In this document: in pieces, positions 35,926 to 49,200 of the stretch
Position numbering within the stretch: position 1 is the first letter of the stretch
How the letters are laid out: each line of letters starts with the position of its first letter
DNA from: Podarcis bocagei
Taxonomy: Eukaryota
Strand: one strand, 5' to 3'
DNA: 64,000 nucleotides
Assembly (NCBI GenBank): GCA_964188305.1
Contig: OZ076899.1
Position numbers and translations under genes: made by a program
The notes under the pieces: model-generated
Databases searched by the model: none
What the model saw: the letters and a program-made list of their open reading frames with translations, nothing else
What the model was told of the DNA's origin: nothing

Positions 35926-38900
35926 TATTATTATTATTATTTATTATTTGTACCCCGCCCATCTGGCTGGGTTTCCCCAGCCACTCTGGGTGGCTTCCAC
36001 AGAGACCAAAAATACACTAAAATGTCACACATTAAAAACTTCTCTGAACAGGGCTGCCTTAAGATGTCTTCTGAATGTCAGGTAGTTGTTTATCGCTTTG
36101 ACAACCGATGGGAGGGCATTCCACAGGGCGGGCGCCACTACCGAGAAGGCCCTCTGCCTGGTTCCCTGTAGCTTTGCCCCCAGCTCCTGCCAACCTAGCA
36201 GTTCGAAAGCATGCCAATGCAAGTAGATAAATAAGTACTGCTGTGGCGGGAAGGTAAACGGCGTTTCGGTGTGCTCTGGTTTCTGTCACGGTGTTCCGTT
36301 GCACCAGAAGTGGCTTAGTCATGCTGGCCACATGACCTGGAAAGCTGTCTGTGGACAAATGCCAGCTCCCTCGGCCTGAAAGCGAGATGAGCTCTCCAAC
36401 TCCATAGTCGTCTTTGACTGGATTTAACCACCCAGGGGTCTTTTACTTTACCTTTTTTACAGCTCAGCTGCCTGTAGAAATGGGAATTCTCCTGGTGCTG
36501 CTGACAGGTTCTTTTTCTGCACTTGGTGTCATCAGGCTCTTTTTAGATCATTTATATTATGATAACATATTAAATATGATATATTAAAAGTATCTCTAAG
36601 CTGTTTACAGAAAACTGAAGCAACTACAGTCAACTTAAACAAAATATTACAAAAAATACACAGTTACATGTAAAAACATATTAATGCAAAGTTTATAATA
36701 TATGAATAAATCAATATCAATTCATTTTCCTTCTGACACATCCTCCTCCTCTGCCTTCAGCATCCAAACAAACTCTCAGCTCACCCACAAAATTCTCACA
36801 ACGAGAAGGGTTCCTGGAAACAGTGAACCCTAGTCTCTCACTCTAAACTTGCTTTTTATGGGCAGGCTATATGCAGAAATTCTGATTTTAGTATGCTGGC
36901 TGTTTGCCATAATAAACATGGGTGATGGGCAGGCCCAAGATGGATGGCTGCCCACAGCTTTGTCCCATTCGGCTGTCCCGTCTGATGAGAGAGCTTGGGG
37001 GATGTGCCCCCCCAGCATCTGACCTCCTCTTCTGCCTCAGAGAGTCCTTTGCTTCCCTTTGAGAATCCCTCCTGCCCGGCTCCCCTTGGCAGGGCCGCTG
37101 TTTGCCCAGAGAGCACCCTTCTCTTGCTGCCTCCTTGGAGGCGGAGGGAGGAAGCAGTGCATGCATGAGGCTCTCCTGAGAGTTCAGGAAGGCTTAGCCT
37201 TCTAAGGCAGCCCTGTTTAGGGAAGCTTTTAATTTTTGATGTATTACTGTATTTTAATATTTGGTTGGAAGCCACCCAGGGTGGCTGGGGAAGCCCAGCC
37301 AGATGGGCGGGGTATAAATAATAATTTATTATTATTAGTATTGGTATTAGCCACCTTCTCAACAGGTGCTGTTGGCGTCCTGCAGCAGAGACTGGTGGCT
37401 GAAATGGGGAGGGGTTTTCCGGGTGGGGCTGGGGCTGCCCAGAGCACCTGTTTGTCCTAGCTGGGGTGCATGAAAATGGGGGTGTTTCCTCAGAGTGGGC
37501 CCTTTTCCCCTGCAGTGTTAAGAACAGAAAACATCTTGCCTGAGCGCTGGTCTTTCCCAGAGCCCAGCTGCGTTGCTTGGCCTAACTCTGCCAGCACATT
37601 CAATGCCACAGCAGCCACAGCAGGCCTGGGTGTGGCCTGGGATGATGTCATGCTTTAAATTTGGTAGCAGTGCCTGCCTGCCTGAGCCGCTCACTGGAAA
37701 GTTTCTTTCGGTGGGTGTAGGAGGAAGAGGTTGGAACTGAGCAATCTGAGGATTTGGCCAGAGTTTCTGTGAAATGTTGCTTCGTCCTTGGAAAATAACT
37801 TTCCGTTTCAGGACTGCCTCCGGGTGGGCTGGATTCCTTTTCCTAGCTGTTTCTCCGTGTGAGTCTAGACAAGGCAGTTTCTCTCGCACAGATTCACCCT
37901 TTCCAGAGGTGTTTTTAAGAGGCAGCCTTCCGCTCCCCGTGCCCCCCCAAAAGCTAACTGAAAGGAAAGACCTGTGCAACAGAGGAAGGGGTGTGGCAGT
38001 AGCTGCCCCACTTTCGGAGCTCATGGGACTGTCGGGGTGGAACAGCAGGCCTTCCAGCCACACTTTCCTTTCTGCTCCTTTTCCTCCCAGAGGCTTTTGG
38101 TGGCAGACCAAGTCCAAATCCTTCCCTACCTCTCTGCCTGGCTCAGAGGGCATTGGAGAGCTGGAGCCAGCCAGGACAGCCCACGAGCCTCTGGCTCGGA
38201 AAGTGGGGAATGGGCCTTTCTGGAGGCTCCTAAAAATAGTTGTTCTCAAAGGTTTTCAAGAGTGTGCCAGCCCTTCTGGAGCCTGCTAAATCAACCCCCA
38301 CCCCACATCTGCCACCTGCACTTCCTGTGCTGCTTCTTCCAGTTCCCTGCAGTGCCCCACCCCCAAATTGTCTGTCCAGCTGCAAGCTTTGGAGGGCTCT
38401 CCTCCTCCTTTCATGGTGAAACATGTCTGGCTGGCGTGTTTGGGTATGTTGGGTTCTGCCTCTCTTCCCTCCTCCTTTCCTGAGCATTGTAGACTTATTT
38501 GTCAGAGGCTTCAATGGCTGGTTTATTCCCCCCCCCCCCGCCACCCAGCATGAGGAGCTGACAGTAGGAGGCAAGTGCCCCTGTCCCCCCACGGGCACAT
38601 GCAGGTAGGGAAGCAGAGCCCTGGCCCAGAGGGAGGGAGGCAGGGAGGGCTGTGGGTCCCCCAGGGCTTCCACTCCACAGTTGGCCTGGGGAAGAGATGC
38701 CTCTGCTGGGGTCCTCATCAACGTTCCAAAACTTTCCCCACGTTAGGGCTGAGAAGGAGCTGAGGGTACCTGAGCTCCTGCGGCTCCCCCAGGCAGCTGC
38801 TAGTGGGGATCCAGCATGGATGGTTCAGGGAGGCCACAGCCCCCCCTGCAGAAGCCAGAGATTGGCTATTACAAAGGCAGCTGGGCCCCTTCATTCCCCT

Positions 38901-39732
38901 GCAAGAGACTTCTTTGTGGCTTAGACTCATTGCTCTATAGGAGACAGGAAGGGGCTCAATTGCACCCCCTCTTCTGGCATCATTTTACCCATGCAGAAAG
39001 CACCTGTGCCCACCTGCCCCACCATCTTGGAGGATGCCTTGTGGCTTGTTTTTGTAGCCCATAGATGGCCCTTGGCTTACATTTCTTCTTTGGATGTTGC
39101 CTCAGACCTGGCTGGAGCAGGCCGTGAAGAGAGGGAGGGGTTGGGCAGCTGCCTTCCCTGGCAATAAACAGGAAGGGGGGTGAAAGAGAAAAGCACCCAG
39201 CAGAGGAGGAAGTGCAGAGCTGTGGTTTCTGGGAGAAAAAGGATGGGACCAGTTGTCGCTGGTTCAGCCAAAGTCACCCCCTGCAGATGCGGTAATCCTG
39301 CTGCTTCCTGAGTCACCCTTTGCTGTTTAGTATTCTGTAGTCGGAAGGAAGTTGTTGCCAAAGCAGCTCTGCCTGGAAGGTCTTTTCTCGGTCCTTTTGG
39401 AATTGAGGGGGCAGAACCTGAAGCTAGCTGGATTGTCTTCACTATGACAGCTTGAGGGAAGCCAGTGCAGTGACTGAAACACACTGTACAACCAACACCC
39501 CTGCGAGGAGGGCTGCTGCTGCTGCTGCTCAGTCACTGGGCAAAGAGGCTGAGGGTCACCTCTGCTTATGCTCTGTGGGATGCTGTTCAGCTGTTGAAAC
39601 CCAAGGTGGTGAACAATGTTCTCAAAGGAGTTTGCCTTGGCTAGGGCTAGGCGATATATTGTTCAAAACTGGTTTGAAGTCCATATCATGATATTATATT
39701 GTTTTCCTAGTTTTTGACCTGGATTCAATATG

Positions 39733-39771
<39 letters not shown>

Positions 39772-42700
39772 GCAAAAATCACAACATGGGAAAAACTGTG
39801 AAGCCAACCAGTGCATCTATATATCTCCATCCGTATTTCAGTCATTGTGATATATCAGAATATTGAGATGTTTAGCTGGTGGTATATCACAAAGTTGAAA
39901 ACCAGATATCACCCAGCCCTACTGTTCACCTCTACATAGTTCCATCTTTATTTCAGACATCGTTATATATTGGTATATCACAATGTTTAACTGGTGATAT
40001 ATCACAATGTTGAAAACCAGATATCGGCCAGCCTTAGCCTTGGTGCCTGCCAGCTTGATTCTTGGCCATCTTTACTTATAACAGGTAGCTGGAGGGGACC
40101 ACTTGGCTAGAAGGGCCAAGAGACCATTATTAATGGCGGTGCCTCCTTGTGAGAACCGGCAGTGGCAGGTGACTGACCAAGGAAGCCTCTGCAGGAGAGA
40201 GAGTTCCTTTCTGGGCCAGGTGCTCAAGCAGGTGCTTTGTCTGTGTGCAGGTCCAGATGCTCTTGGATGAGGGTGTTTCTGGGCTGGACTCCCAAGTGGG
40301 GTCAGGAATGCAGTTCCACAGCCCTTCCCCACCGCAGCTGATCTTATTAATTCCTTATGAGCCATCCTTGGTAGTTAATTGTTGAAAGGCAGGCATGCAA
40401 GCAAGCATAAAGAATAAAATGCTAGAACTGGGTGGTCTCTTTCCCAACTCACGTCCTTCTTCCCCACCCCTCCCGCTTGCAGGTGGATGGAGGCCTGCCT
40501 CAATGAAGAGCTGCCCCCCACAACGGAGCTGGAGGAGGGGCTCAGGAACGGGGTCTACCTGGCCAAGCTTGGAAACTTTTTCTCCCCCAAAGTGGTTTCT
40601 CTCAAGAAGATCTACGACCGGGAGCAGACCAGATATAAGGTAGGCAAGCATTTTTCTTCTGTAATGAGGCATCTCGCGGGGGCAGGAATAAGCAATCGGC
40701 CCAACTGCAGCTGCTGGAAAGCCCAGAGCAGGATATATGAGAAGATGTGTCACAGTTGGTGTGCCCCAATTTTTATTTCATTTCCTAAAAATTGGTGCAT
40801 GGCTTTTCACTAGCAATAAGAAAGTATGCAAATAGTCTCAGTTTCGTTTGTTGATCACAGAAAGTCTTCCTTGGAGTATGGGATGCTTTCTGAAGGCCCT
40901 TGCAGCTACGGTGAGGCTCAGGCGGCAGCTTTTGCACAGAAATGTGTCAACACGACTCCCACCCCCACCCCAAATCCCTGGCTTCTGGGGTGAAGGGGGC
41001 TGATCCACCTGAACACAGTCTGTCTGTGTGCATGATGCTTCTCCGTTGTTTTATTTATTTACTTATTACCTGCCCTTCACCCTAAGGTCTCAGGGCAGGT
41101 TACAATACTAAAACACAATACCAAAAGCAGTTTTAAAGAAACTTACAATGCACCTTCCTTCACATCTCCCGCTTTTTCCTCTGCGTTTCAGGCTACGGGC
41201 CTCCACTTCCGGCATACAGACAATGTGATTCAGTGGCTGAATGCAATGGCAGAGATTGGCCTCCCCAAGGTAACTTTGCCTGGACTGGGAACGGAAGGAG
41301 TCTTTGAAGGTGGGGTGTTGGCAGAAGAAATAGGCACATGGGAACCAAGACCGGAGCACTCCAAACCACTTTACCTCTTCACTCCAGGTTCTTGGCATAG
41401 TCGTCATGTTTCTACGTCCTGCCAACTCTTCCTTGCTGCAGAGTGCCCCCTCTCTTCTCCCTGTTCCCCCCTCCCCACAAAAGGACTGAGCTTGTGGGCA
41501 CAGTGGAGTGAGCTCTGTTTTGCTCTGCCAAGCATGTGGCGGAATCAGTGAGCCTTTTTCTCTTTGCGTTCAGATTTTTTACCCAGAAACAACAGACATC
41601 TATGACCGGAAGAACATGCCACGCTGCATCTACTGCATTCACGCACTCAGGTAATCACACAGAGGGGGGGGGGCAGGTGAGGCGATACAACAGATGATGT
41701 TTTGAGGCTGGAAGAAACATCCTTGCCTGTCTGCCCCTTTCTCTTTCTCTCTGTCTCTTAGAAAGGTAACAGGCACCAACAGTCTGCTTCCCAGCAGAAT
41801 CAGTCAATTCTCACTTTCCTTGCTTTGTTGGCAAGGAAATGCATTCTTTTCAACTGCCTACTTAAACCCCATCTGGGCTTACATTATGTTTGTTGATTCT
41901 ATCAGAAATTAAACCATGCACCCATAGTTCCTGCCTGGAAAACTGAACATGCTAACGCTAACAGTATACAGTATTAGTTTCTAGGGTGGCCAGAAAAGAA
42001 ATTAAACTTTTTCTGCATCGGTCCTGAATCGGTTGTGCTAACTCAGCATGGATGGGTGATAAATCCTGCCCCCTACAGAACAATTCCCCCCCCTCCCGTT
42101 TCTGTCATGGTGAGAAGCTATTTATTCTTGGGAATTTAGGGAGTCTCCCTGCTTCTAATTTGCCCTGTTCTGGCAGGGGGAGATCTTCTATGTGCAGAAG
42201 ACTTAAGGGCAAGAGGCAACTTGAATCTAAAAGTCGTAAGAGGAAGAGATCCCAAAAATTTCCTTCAAACAGCATTTCTGTGGCTTCTCCTTTAATCTCC
42301 CCCAGGGGTTATTATTATTATTTTATTATTTATTGAATTTGTATTCCACCCTTCATCTCAGGAGGTTCATAACATAAAAGCAGTACAAAAACTCAAAATG
42401 CATAATAGAAGCAAGAGAAAGAACAAACCAAACCAACCCCACCCCACCCCACTGCCTGATCGTCCTTTATTTTCCCTCAGTTTGTACCTGTTCAAGTTGG
42501 GATTGGCCCCGCAGATTCAAGACCTGTATGGCAAAGTGGACTTCACAGGTGAGGGGAGCTCCTGCCTTCCTGTCCTTGAGTCGGTCATGGAGGAAGTAGC
42601 TCGAGTTTTTGTTTTTGGAAAGGGCACCGTCTGGCTATTGGGTTGGACAGCAGAGCCTCCCTTTGCTTTCTGCTAAAGATCAAACCCCAGACTTGGACCA

Positions 42701-45700
42701 GGCCTTGCCTTCTTGAGTAGGGGCCTTCCCAGGTGCTATCTCCTCCACCAGTGGCTGGACCTGTCACTGGGATTTGTGGATGGCAGGGGGGAAGGAGATG
42801 GGGAAATAACTGGCTGCCTTTTTGTTGAACCCTTGACTGGCTGGCTGGCTGCCTGCCTTTACCAGGTGTTTTCAAAAGGGCATATGGGCAAATCCTGGGG
42901 CTCACCTGCTGGTCCTTTTCCATTGTGCTATTCCAGAGGAGGAAATCAGCAACATGAGGCTCGAGCTGGAGAAGTATGGGATTCAGATGCCTGCCTTTGG
43001 AAAGATTGGTGGGATTTTGGCCAACGAGCTCTCTGTGGATGAAGCAGCACGTAAGGGGAAATGGGTTTCACCCTTTTCGGGTTGGTCGTATGAGATAGAG
43101 CACTGCCATGGAGACATAATCTATTGGAAGAATTAAATATGATGGAAGGGATTCAGTCTGTAAAAGTGGCAGAGATTTTATATCACGCAGGGCCTGGAGG
43201 TTGCCTTCTGAGATGAGCACCTGTTTTGCAGCCACGGGTGCTTGCCAGTGTTGTGCTGCCAGAGCTCCTGTTCTCTGCCCAAGTGCCCACGTTCTCCTCC
43301 CAAGAAAAGGAAGGGGCTTGGGCTTGTGGGGTTGGGTTGCTCATTGAGCCATCTCCAGGACTGTGACTGAGCAGAGCCTGTGCCTGGTGTTTCCTCCAGT
43401 GCATGCGGCTGTGATTGCAATCAACGACGCCATCGACCGCCAGATTCCTGTTGAAACGTTTGCGGCAATGAGGAACCCCAATGCCATGTTGGTGAATCTG
43501 GAAGAGCCCCTCGCGCCCACCTACCAGAGCACCCTGTACCAGGCGAAGCGGGACAAGACAGAAAATGCACGGAACAAGGTAAAGTTTATTTTGTATACCG
43601 CCAAATGACCCAAACCTCTATGAGGTTTGCACGTGGCACGTTCTGCTCCATATTGTGGAAGTGCTTAGACCTGCAGCTGGAGAGATTGCTTTGATGGCTT
43701 CGACCCACAGGTGCCTCAGGGTAGAGCAGGCTTGCCACAAGGTGATAGCTCTGTCTTGTGGGGAGGAAAGGCTTGCCGTGCCCTGCTCTTCTCTCACACC
43801 TCTCCAGGGCATGTGCTTGAATGAGCGCAGTGCCAGAACCTGCCGATGCACATGCCGCATTATGCTTTTGAATTAAAATGGGAAAAGTCTCTTTGCCTAG
43901 GAATCGGGACTTGCATGGAACTTGGCAGGAAAGTGACCTAAGCTGAATTTCTTTCTGTCTGTCTGCAAACCAGACTGTGATAGTTAACACACAGCTTTTC
44001 CTATAAAGCTCAAAGCAGTAAAGAAAGTGTGATTAAATTGTTACTCTCCCCAGGCCACCCCCCCCCTCCTAAGCCACATGTCTCCCCAGTCCAGTTTACT
44101 CTCCTTGAGTGTTTTTGTGTGGTAGGATGTGCACTTGATGTCTGGCAATGCAAATTCTAGGTTTGTGTAGTAACTAGCCTACTGTGAACTGTGCAGAGGT
44201 GAAATTTGCATCAGTTGCTCCACCCACTTTTGCCTCTGGCCCTGTGCGCTGCTGGTATGTGGCCTCTGGAAGATTGCCTAGATAGGAATGCTCCCTTCAG
44301 TTTAGAAATGCTCCCTGACACTGCAGTAAATTGATTGAATACACGTTTGCAGCGTTGGGATGCAGCTCTGAAAGCTGGTATTGCCTTGCAGCCACGTGTC
44401 TTGCACAAGATGCTTCAGTCATTTCTTGCTAGTTGTTTGGGAATGTGCCTCTGGCAGCGCTGCTTGGTCCGGGAGGAGGATTGGGGGGGGGACACCAGGG
44501 AATGTTCCCTTTCATTGCAGGAACTCGGTGTTGAGTCTCCAAGCACCTTCCTGCTTTTGGGCAGTGGGGAGGAAGGCCTAGAGGCCCTTGCAGCAGTGTT
44601 TCCATGTGGGTCTAGTGCATCCGCCAGCCCATTTAGCCCCATGCCAGCACCTCCCAGCTTGGGAAGCTTTTGCCGCCCCACCCCCCAGGCAGCTCTAAGG
44701 AGGTGCTCCTGTCCTGACTGCTGTTTTCTCCCTTCTTCCTTCAGATTGCCTCTGAGGATATGGAAAGGGAAAGGGACGTGTATGAAGAGCTGCTGACTCA
44801 AGCAGAGATCCAGGGCAACGTCAACAAAGTCAACAGTAAGCCCATCAGCCCCATCCTAGCACTCCTGGCTTCTTTATGAGACACTCTTTGCTCAAGAAGC
44901 TCCTTTAGGAAGCAGAAAATCCCATCTCTGGATGCCCACCCAAAAAAAGACTACACCCCTCCCCAAAAACTATGCTCCAACACCATCCTTCTATGTGGGC
45001 TCCATTTGCCTCATGAATGTGCCTGAGATGCTGAACTAGAGACTTAGCTGGGAGCAAGCAGCAGGATGGGGGAGGCAAAGTGCCAGGAGAGACCATCCTC
45101 TGTCCATATTGCCACTCCCTCCCCCACTGGCTTCTAGAACCTTCTGTTGTGCTCTGGGACATCTCAGGCATGGGGAGCATTTGGGGTTCTGCATGGGGTG
45201 GTGGAGGTGAAGAAGCCCTCCTGAGGAGGCCTACCCAAGGCCATCTCCCTCTAGCTTTCCTTCTCTTTCTCTCTCTCCTCAGCCCACTCGGCCTTGTCCA
45301 AGATCGACCTGATTCTGGACCAAGGAGACGCTGTCACATTGTACGCTGTCCTGTCATCGGCAGCCTTGGGTCTCCGGGGGCTGCGGCCGGAGAATAGCGA
45401 CTGGTACCTGAAGCAGCTTCTGAGGGACAAGCAGCAGAAGATGGAGGTAGGGGAGCCAGCGGGTGGGTGGTCCTGGCGCCTGGCTCACAAGGAGCTCCTT
45501 CCGCTGGTGTGCACTTGGGACCCAGGATGTCTTAAGGACCAACAACACAGACCCCGTGAATACATGGTGGCCCTGAGCAACTATTAAGTTTTTGTTCAGC
45601 ATTGGCCACTGGCTTCCTAATCCGGTTGGCCTGACCTATTCTTGGTCTCTTCTCCAAGAGCAAACTTCCTGTTCTGCTTTGAGATACTGCCCAGCTGCTG

Positions 45701-46199
45701 CTCTCCATGTTTGGCCAAGCGCTGGGAATTGTGGGAGGCGTTTCACAGAATGCTGCTGCTGCCTCCTCCACGTTCCCGGTCATGAATAAGGGGGTCAGCG
45801 GAAAGGAAATAAAGGGAGGTTCTGGATCTGCTGGGGATGTTGGAGGCAGTGCAGACAAGTCTACTCTTTCCCCTCTCAGGCCGGCAGAGCTGGGCCCTTG
45901 CAGAAGGAGGAGCTGCAGGCCGGGGTGGACGTGGCAAACAGCATGGCTCAGCAGTACCAGCAGAGTAAGTTCTCCTCAGTGGGGCCCCTGCAGTTTGGGT
46001 TTTGCAGCTGGACAGGGCAGGCCTTTCTTGTGCTTCAGCTGGAAAGCAAGTCCTCTATTCAGCCCTCCTTCCTCCCTTCCTGCAGGTTCTGAGGGGTGTC
46101 TGGGCAGGGGGCTGAACTCCCACCCAGTTTTCTTGTGACTGCTGTGAGAGCAACCTCCCCAGCTTCACTTTTCCTTCCATTAAGAACACGCCATCTCAC

Positions 46200-46246
<47 letters not shown>

Positions 46247-49200
46247 CCCCTCCTCATCTTTTTCTACCTTCATTTGTTTAATGTGTCTGTGGCTGACACA
46301 CCCGTCCATTTCCCCTCCCCTGTGGCCCAGGTGCCCTTGAGCATCTTTCCCTTGGGATGTACTGGCACTGCTGGGTGGGGTCAAGTCCTTCCCTCCCACT
46401 ACCTCACTCCCTTAGGGAAGAACCTCAGGTGAAGCATTGTTCCTGTTGTGAAAAAAGCAGTCCTGCAGCCCCAAAGGAACCGGTTGCCTTGGGCTCTGCT
46501 GTGGTTGAAGTGGACAGTTTCCCCGTGAGGGGAAGGCATGGTGCTTTGCTGCCTGCTGCTTAAAGCAGCCAGATCTCCTTGTTCACCTCTGTCCATTTGG
46601 AAGAGGAAGAAGCAGGTCAGCCTGGCATCCTCCCTAGGAGTTGTTCTCGGGGGCCAGCAATCTGCCATCGCTGTTATTCTTCTTGGTGCACCTGGCTTGT
46701 TCCTGGCAAAGGGGGGTGCCTCCCTGCTGGTATGCCCAGAAGCCTCCAGGGGAGCAAAAGCTTCAGCCTCTCACCTTTCCTTTCTCTCTCCTTGGGCTCC
46801 CAGGATTGGCAGCTGTGGGGAGGATCAACACAGCCATCCGCAACGGCCTCGCTGAGAAGACAGTGGTGGAACTGATGAACCCCGAGGCCCAGCTGCCTCC
46901 AGTCTATCCGTTTGCTGCTGAGCTGTACCAGAAGGAACTGGCCACCTTGCAGCAGCAGAGTCCGGATGTAAGTCCCTTGAAGGCTTTTGCTGATGGTTTG
47001 CTTTTAAGTTGCCCTTGTGAGACGTTGTTTGGGCATTCCTGCCAGGGCTGTGTGCATCCGTGAGAAATGCATGTTTCCCTACTGCATGTGTATGCAGTGT
47101 TGAACATGACCTTTGCAGGATGTGGGATGTGAACTTGACAAGAAGCTCTTCCAGGAGCTGCATGTGCAAGCATGCCGGCCACTCTGCCTCCCAGGGGCAC
47201 CTTCATCCTTCTCTCCTCCTGCAGCATCGCTGGGACTTCATGCTGGGATGAGCATTTGGGGAAGGTGGAACAAGCTGTGCTTGGCTGTGCCTGGCTCTGG
47301 GCGGGGGGCGGGGGGGCTTCTTGGCTGGCTGGCTGAACTTGGCGGGGCGGGGGGTGCTGAGGTTTTCTCCTACCATTTGCTTCTGAAATACCTCTGGTAT
47401 TTTTGCCGATGTGGTGTGGGCTTTTTCCTCTTGTCCATGTCTACTTAATGTACACAAGTAGATCCCTCCAAGTCAGGCTTTTAGTCCAGCCTTCCAGGGA
47501 TATTGCAGAATGCTTCTTTTGCTCAGAGAGAGGAAGAAATGATAAGAACCTTGAAATTGTTGACCCGGACCCAGATCCCCCCCTTCCCCCCCGGACATTC
47601 TGCCAGTGGAGTTTAGCCAGTACCATCACCCCTGAGGCCTTGCAGTCCTGGCCTCCCTTCCCAGACTCCCTTTCCCCACTTTGTGTGGTCAGCATGGTCC
47701 TCTTTCTCTGTCTCCTCAGGGTCACCTCACACACCCAGAACTGTCGGTGGCTGTGGAGATGCTCTCTTCAGTGGCCCTCATCAACCGAGCTCTGGACTCC
47801 GGGGATGTCAACATGGTCTGGAAGCAGCTGAGCAGCTCAGTGACGGGTCTGACAAATGTCGAGGATGAAAACTCCCAGAGGTCAGACCCCCACCCCACTC
47901 CACAACACACCCACCAGCCTTTCTCTCTTGAGAAGGGCCAAGTGCTGCTGCTACAGCAGCAGCTCAAGATGGCCGAAATGGGACCTGTTAGGCCCTCTGG
48001 CATCGTGACCCAGAGTCCTCTGAGTCCCAGGTGGAGGCTCTGGGGATGGACCAGAGGGCCCAACAGCACCTCCAATGGCCAGTAGGAAGGAAGTGACAAG
48101 TGGTTTCCGGGAAGTGGGGTAGAAATAGTGATTGGACAGTTCAGGCCTGCGAGAGCCCCTTTTGAGGCTCTGGCTTTTGGACCCTCAGGGTTAGGCCAGG
48201 GGAGCAGGACTTGAAGGGTTTCCTGCAGGCAAAGCCCTTTGCATTCATGTGCTCCAGATCATTGCCACTGGGAATGGTGCCTTTTGCGCAGGCCTTCCGC
48301 TTCCTTCCTCTCCTGTGGCCTTGCCTGCGTCTTCATGTTTTGTTCTCTCAGCGGCCAGCCCCTTGACGTGTGCTGTCTTGACTCTCGGCAGATACATTGA
48401 GGACTTGCTGAAGCTGAAGAGTCAGGCACGGAGTGAAGGGGCCGAGTTCGTCACCTGGAATGACATCCAGTCGTGCGTTGACCGGGTGAACGTGGCAGTG
48501 CATGAAGAGCATGAGCGTAAGTGGCTCTCGGGGTGTGGAAACTTCCCGGGGAGACGCCCTTCTTGCCCAGGCCTCCATCCAACCCCCATCAGGGCTAGTT
48601 GGTGGCTTGGGATCCGAAAGTCCTGCACTGAGATCACTGGTGAAATCAAGGCGCCATTCTGGGAATGGATGCGAAGGCATAAAAGCACAGAAGGGCATAT
48701 TCAGAGGTGGAGTGTGTGTCTTTTGTGTGGCCAATGGCTAGTTCAATTGGTGGCCACGCAAGGCAGTTTTCTAGCCCAGACTGTCATAGGTTAGTCAGGT
48801 GGTTGCTTTATCTATAAAAGTATCAGATCAACAGGAAGTTGTGGGCTGAAAATAACACGGTGCAACCCCAAACAAACACTTGGGATGCTAACCAGGCAAG
48901 ACAGCATGCCAGGATGTGCTGTTGAAAGTCTGGCCCATCTTGTCTTCCCTGTGCACTCGGCCTCTGTTAGGGCGAGGTCAGTGTCTCCCTTGAGAGAGGA
49001 GATGGTGCTCCCCCTCTCAGGGGCAGGAGAATGGGAGGACCTTCTTCAGCCCGGGAACGTCAGCAAGGGCGAAGTGGGTCTCATCAGAGGGAGGCAGCTC
49101 CTCCAGGGTCCAGCATCTCTTGTGTTCCACAGGTGCTTCTGTTGCTCTGAGGAACAAGATGCTAGAGGCCTTGTCAAGTTTTAGCTGCCTTGAACTCAGC

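Noticed and set aside
37518-38721. Cluster of 160-240 aa ORFs in IQGAP1 intron 2
   Set aside because: They overlap on both strands with no domain similarity or exon structure, which is typical of GC-rich intron sequence.
48330-48391. Cryptic acceptor 40 nt upstream of IQGAP1 exon 14
   Set aside because: It would cause a frameshift. The downstream AG gives the expected exon length, and there is no evidence the upstream site is used.
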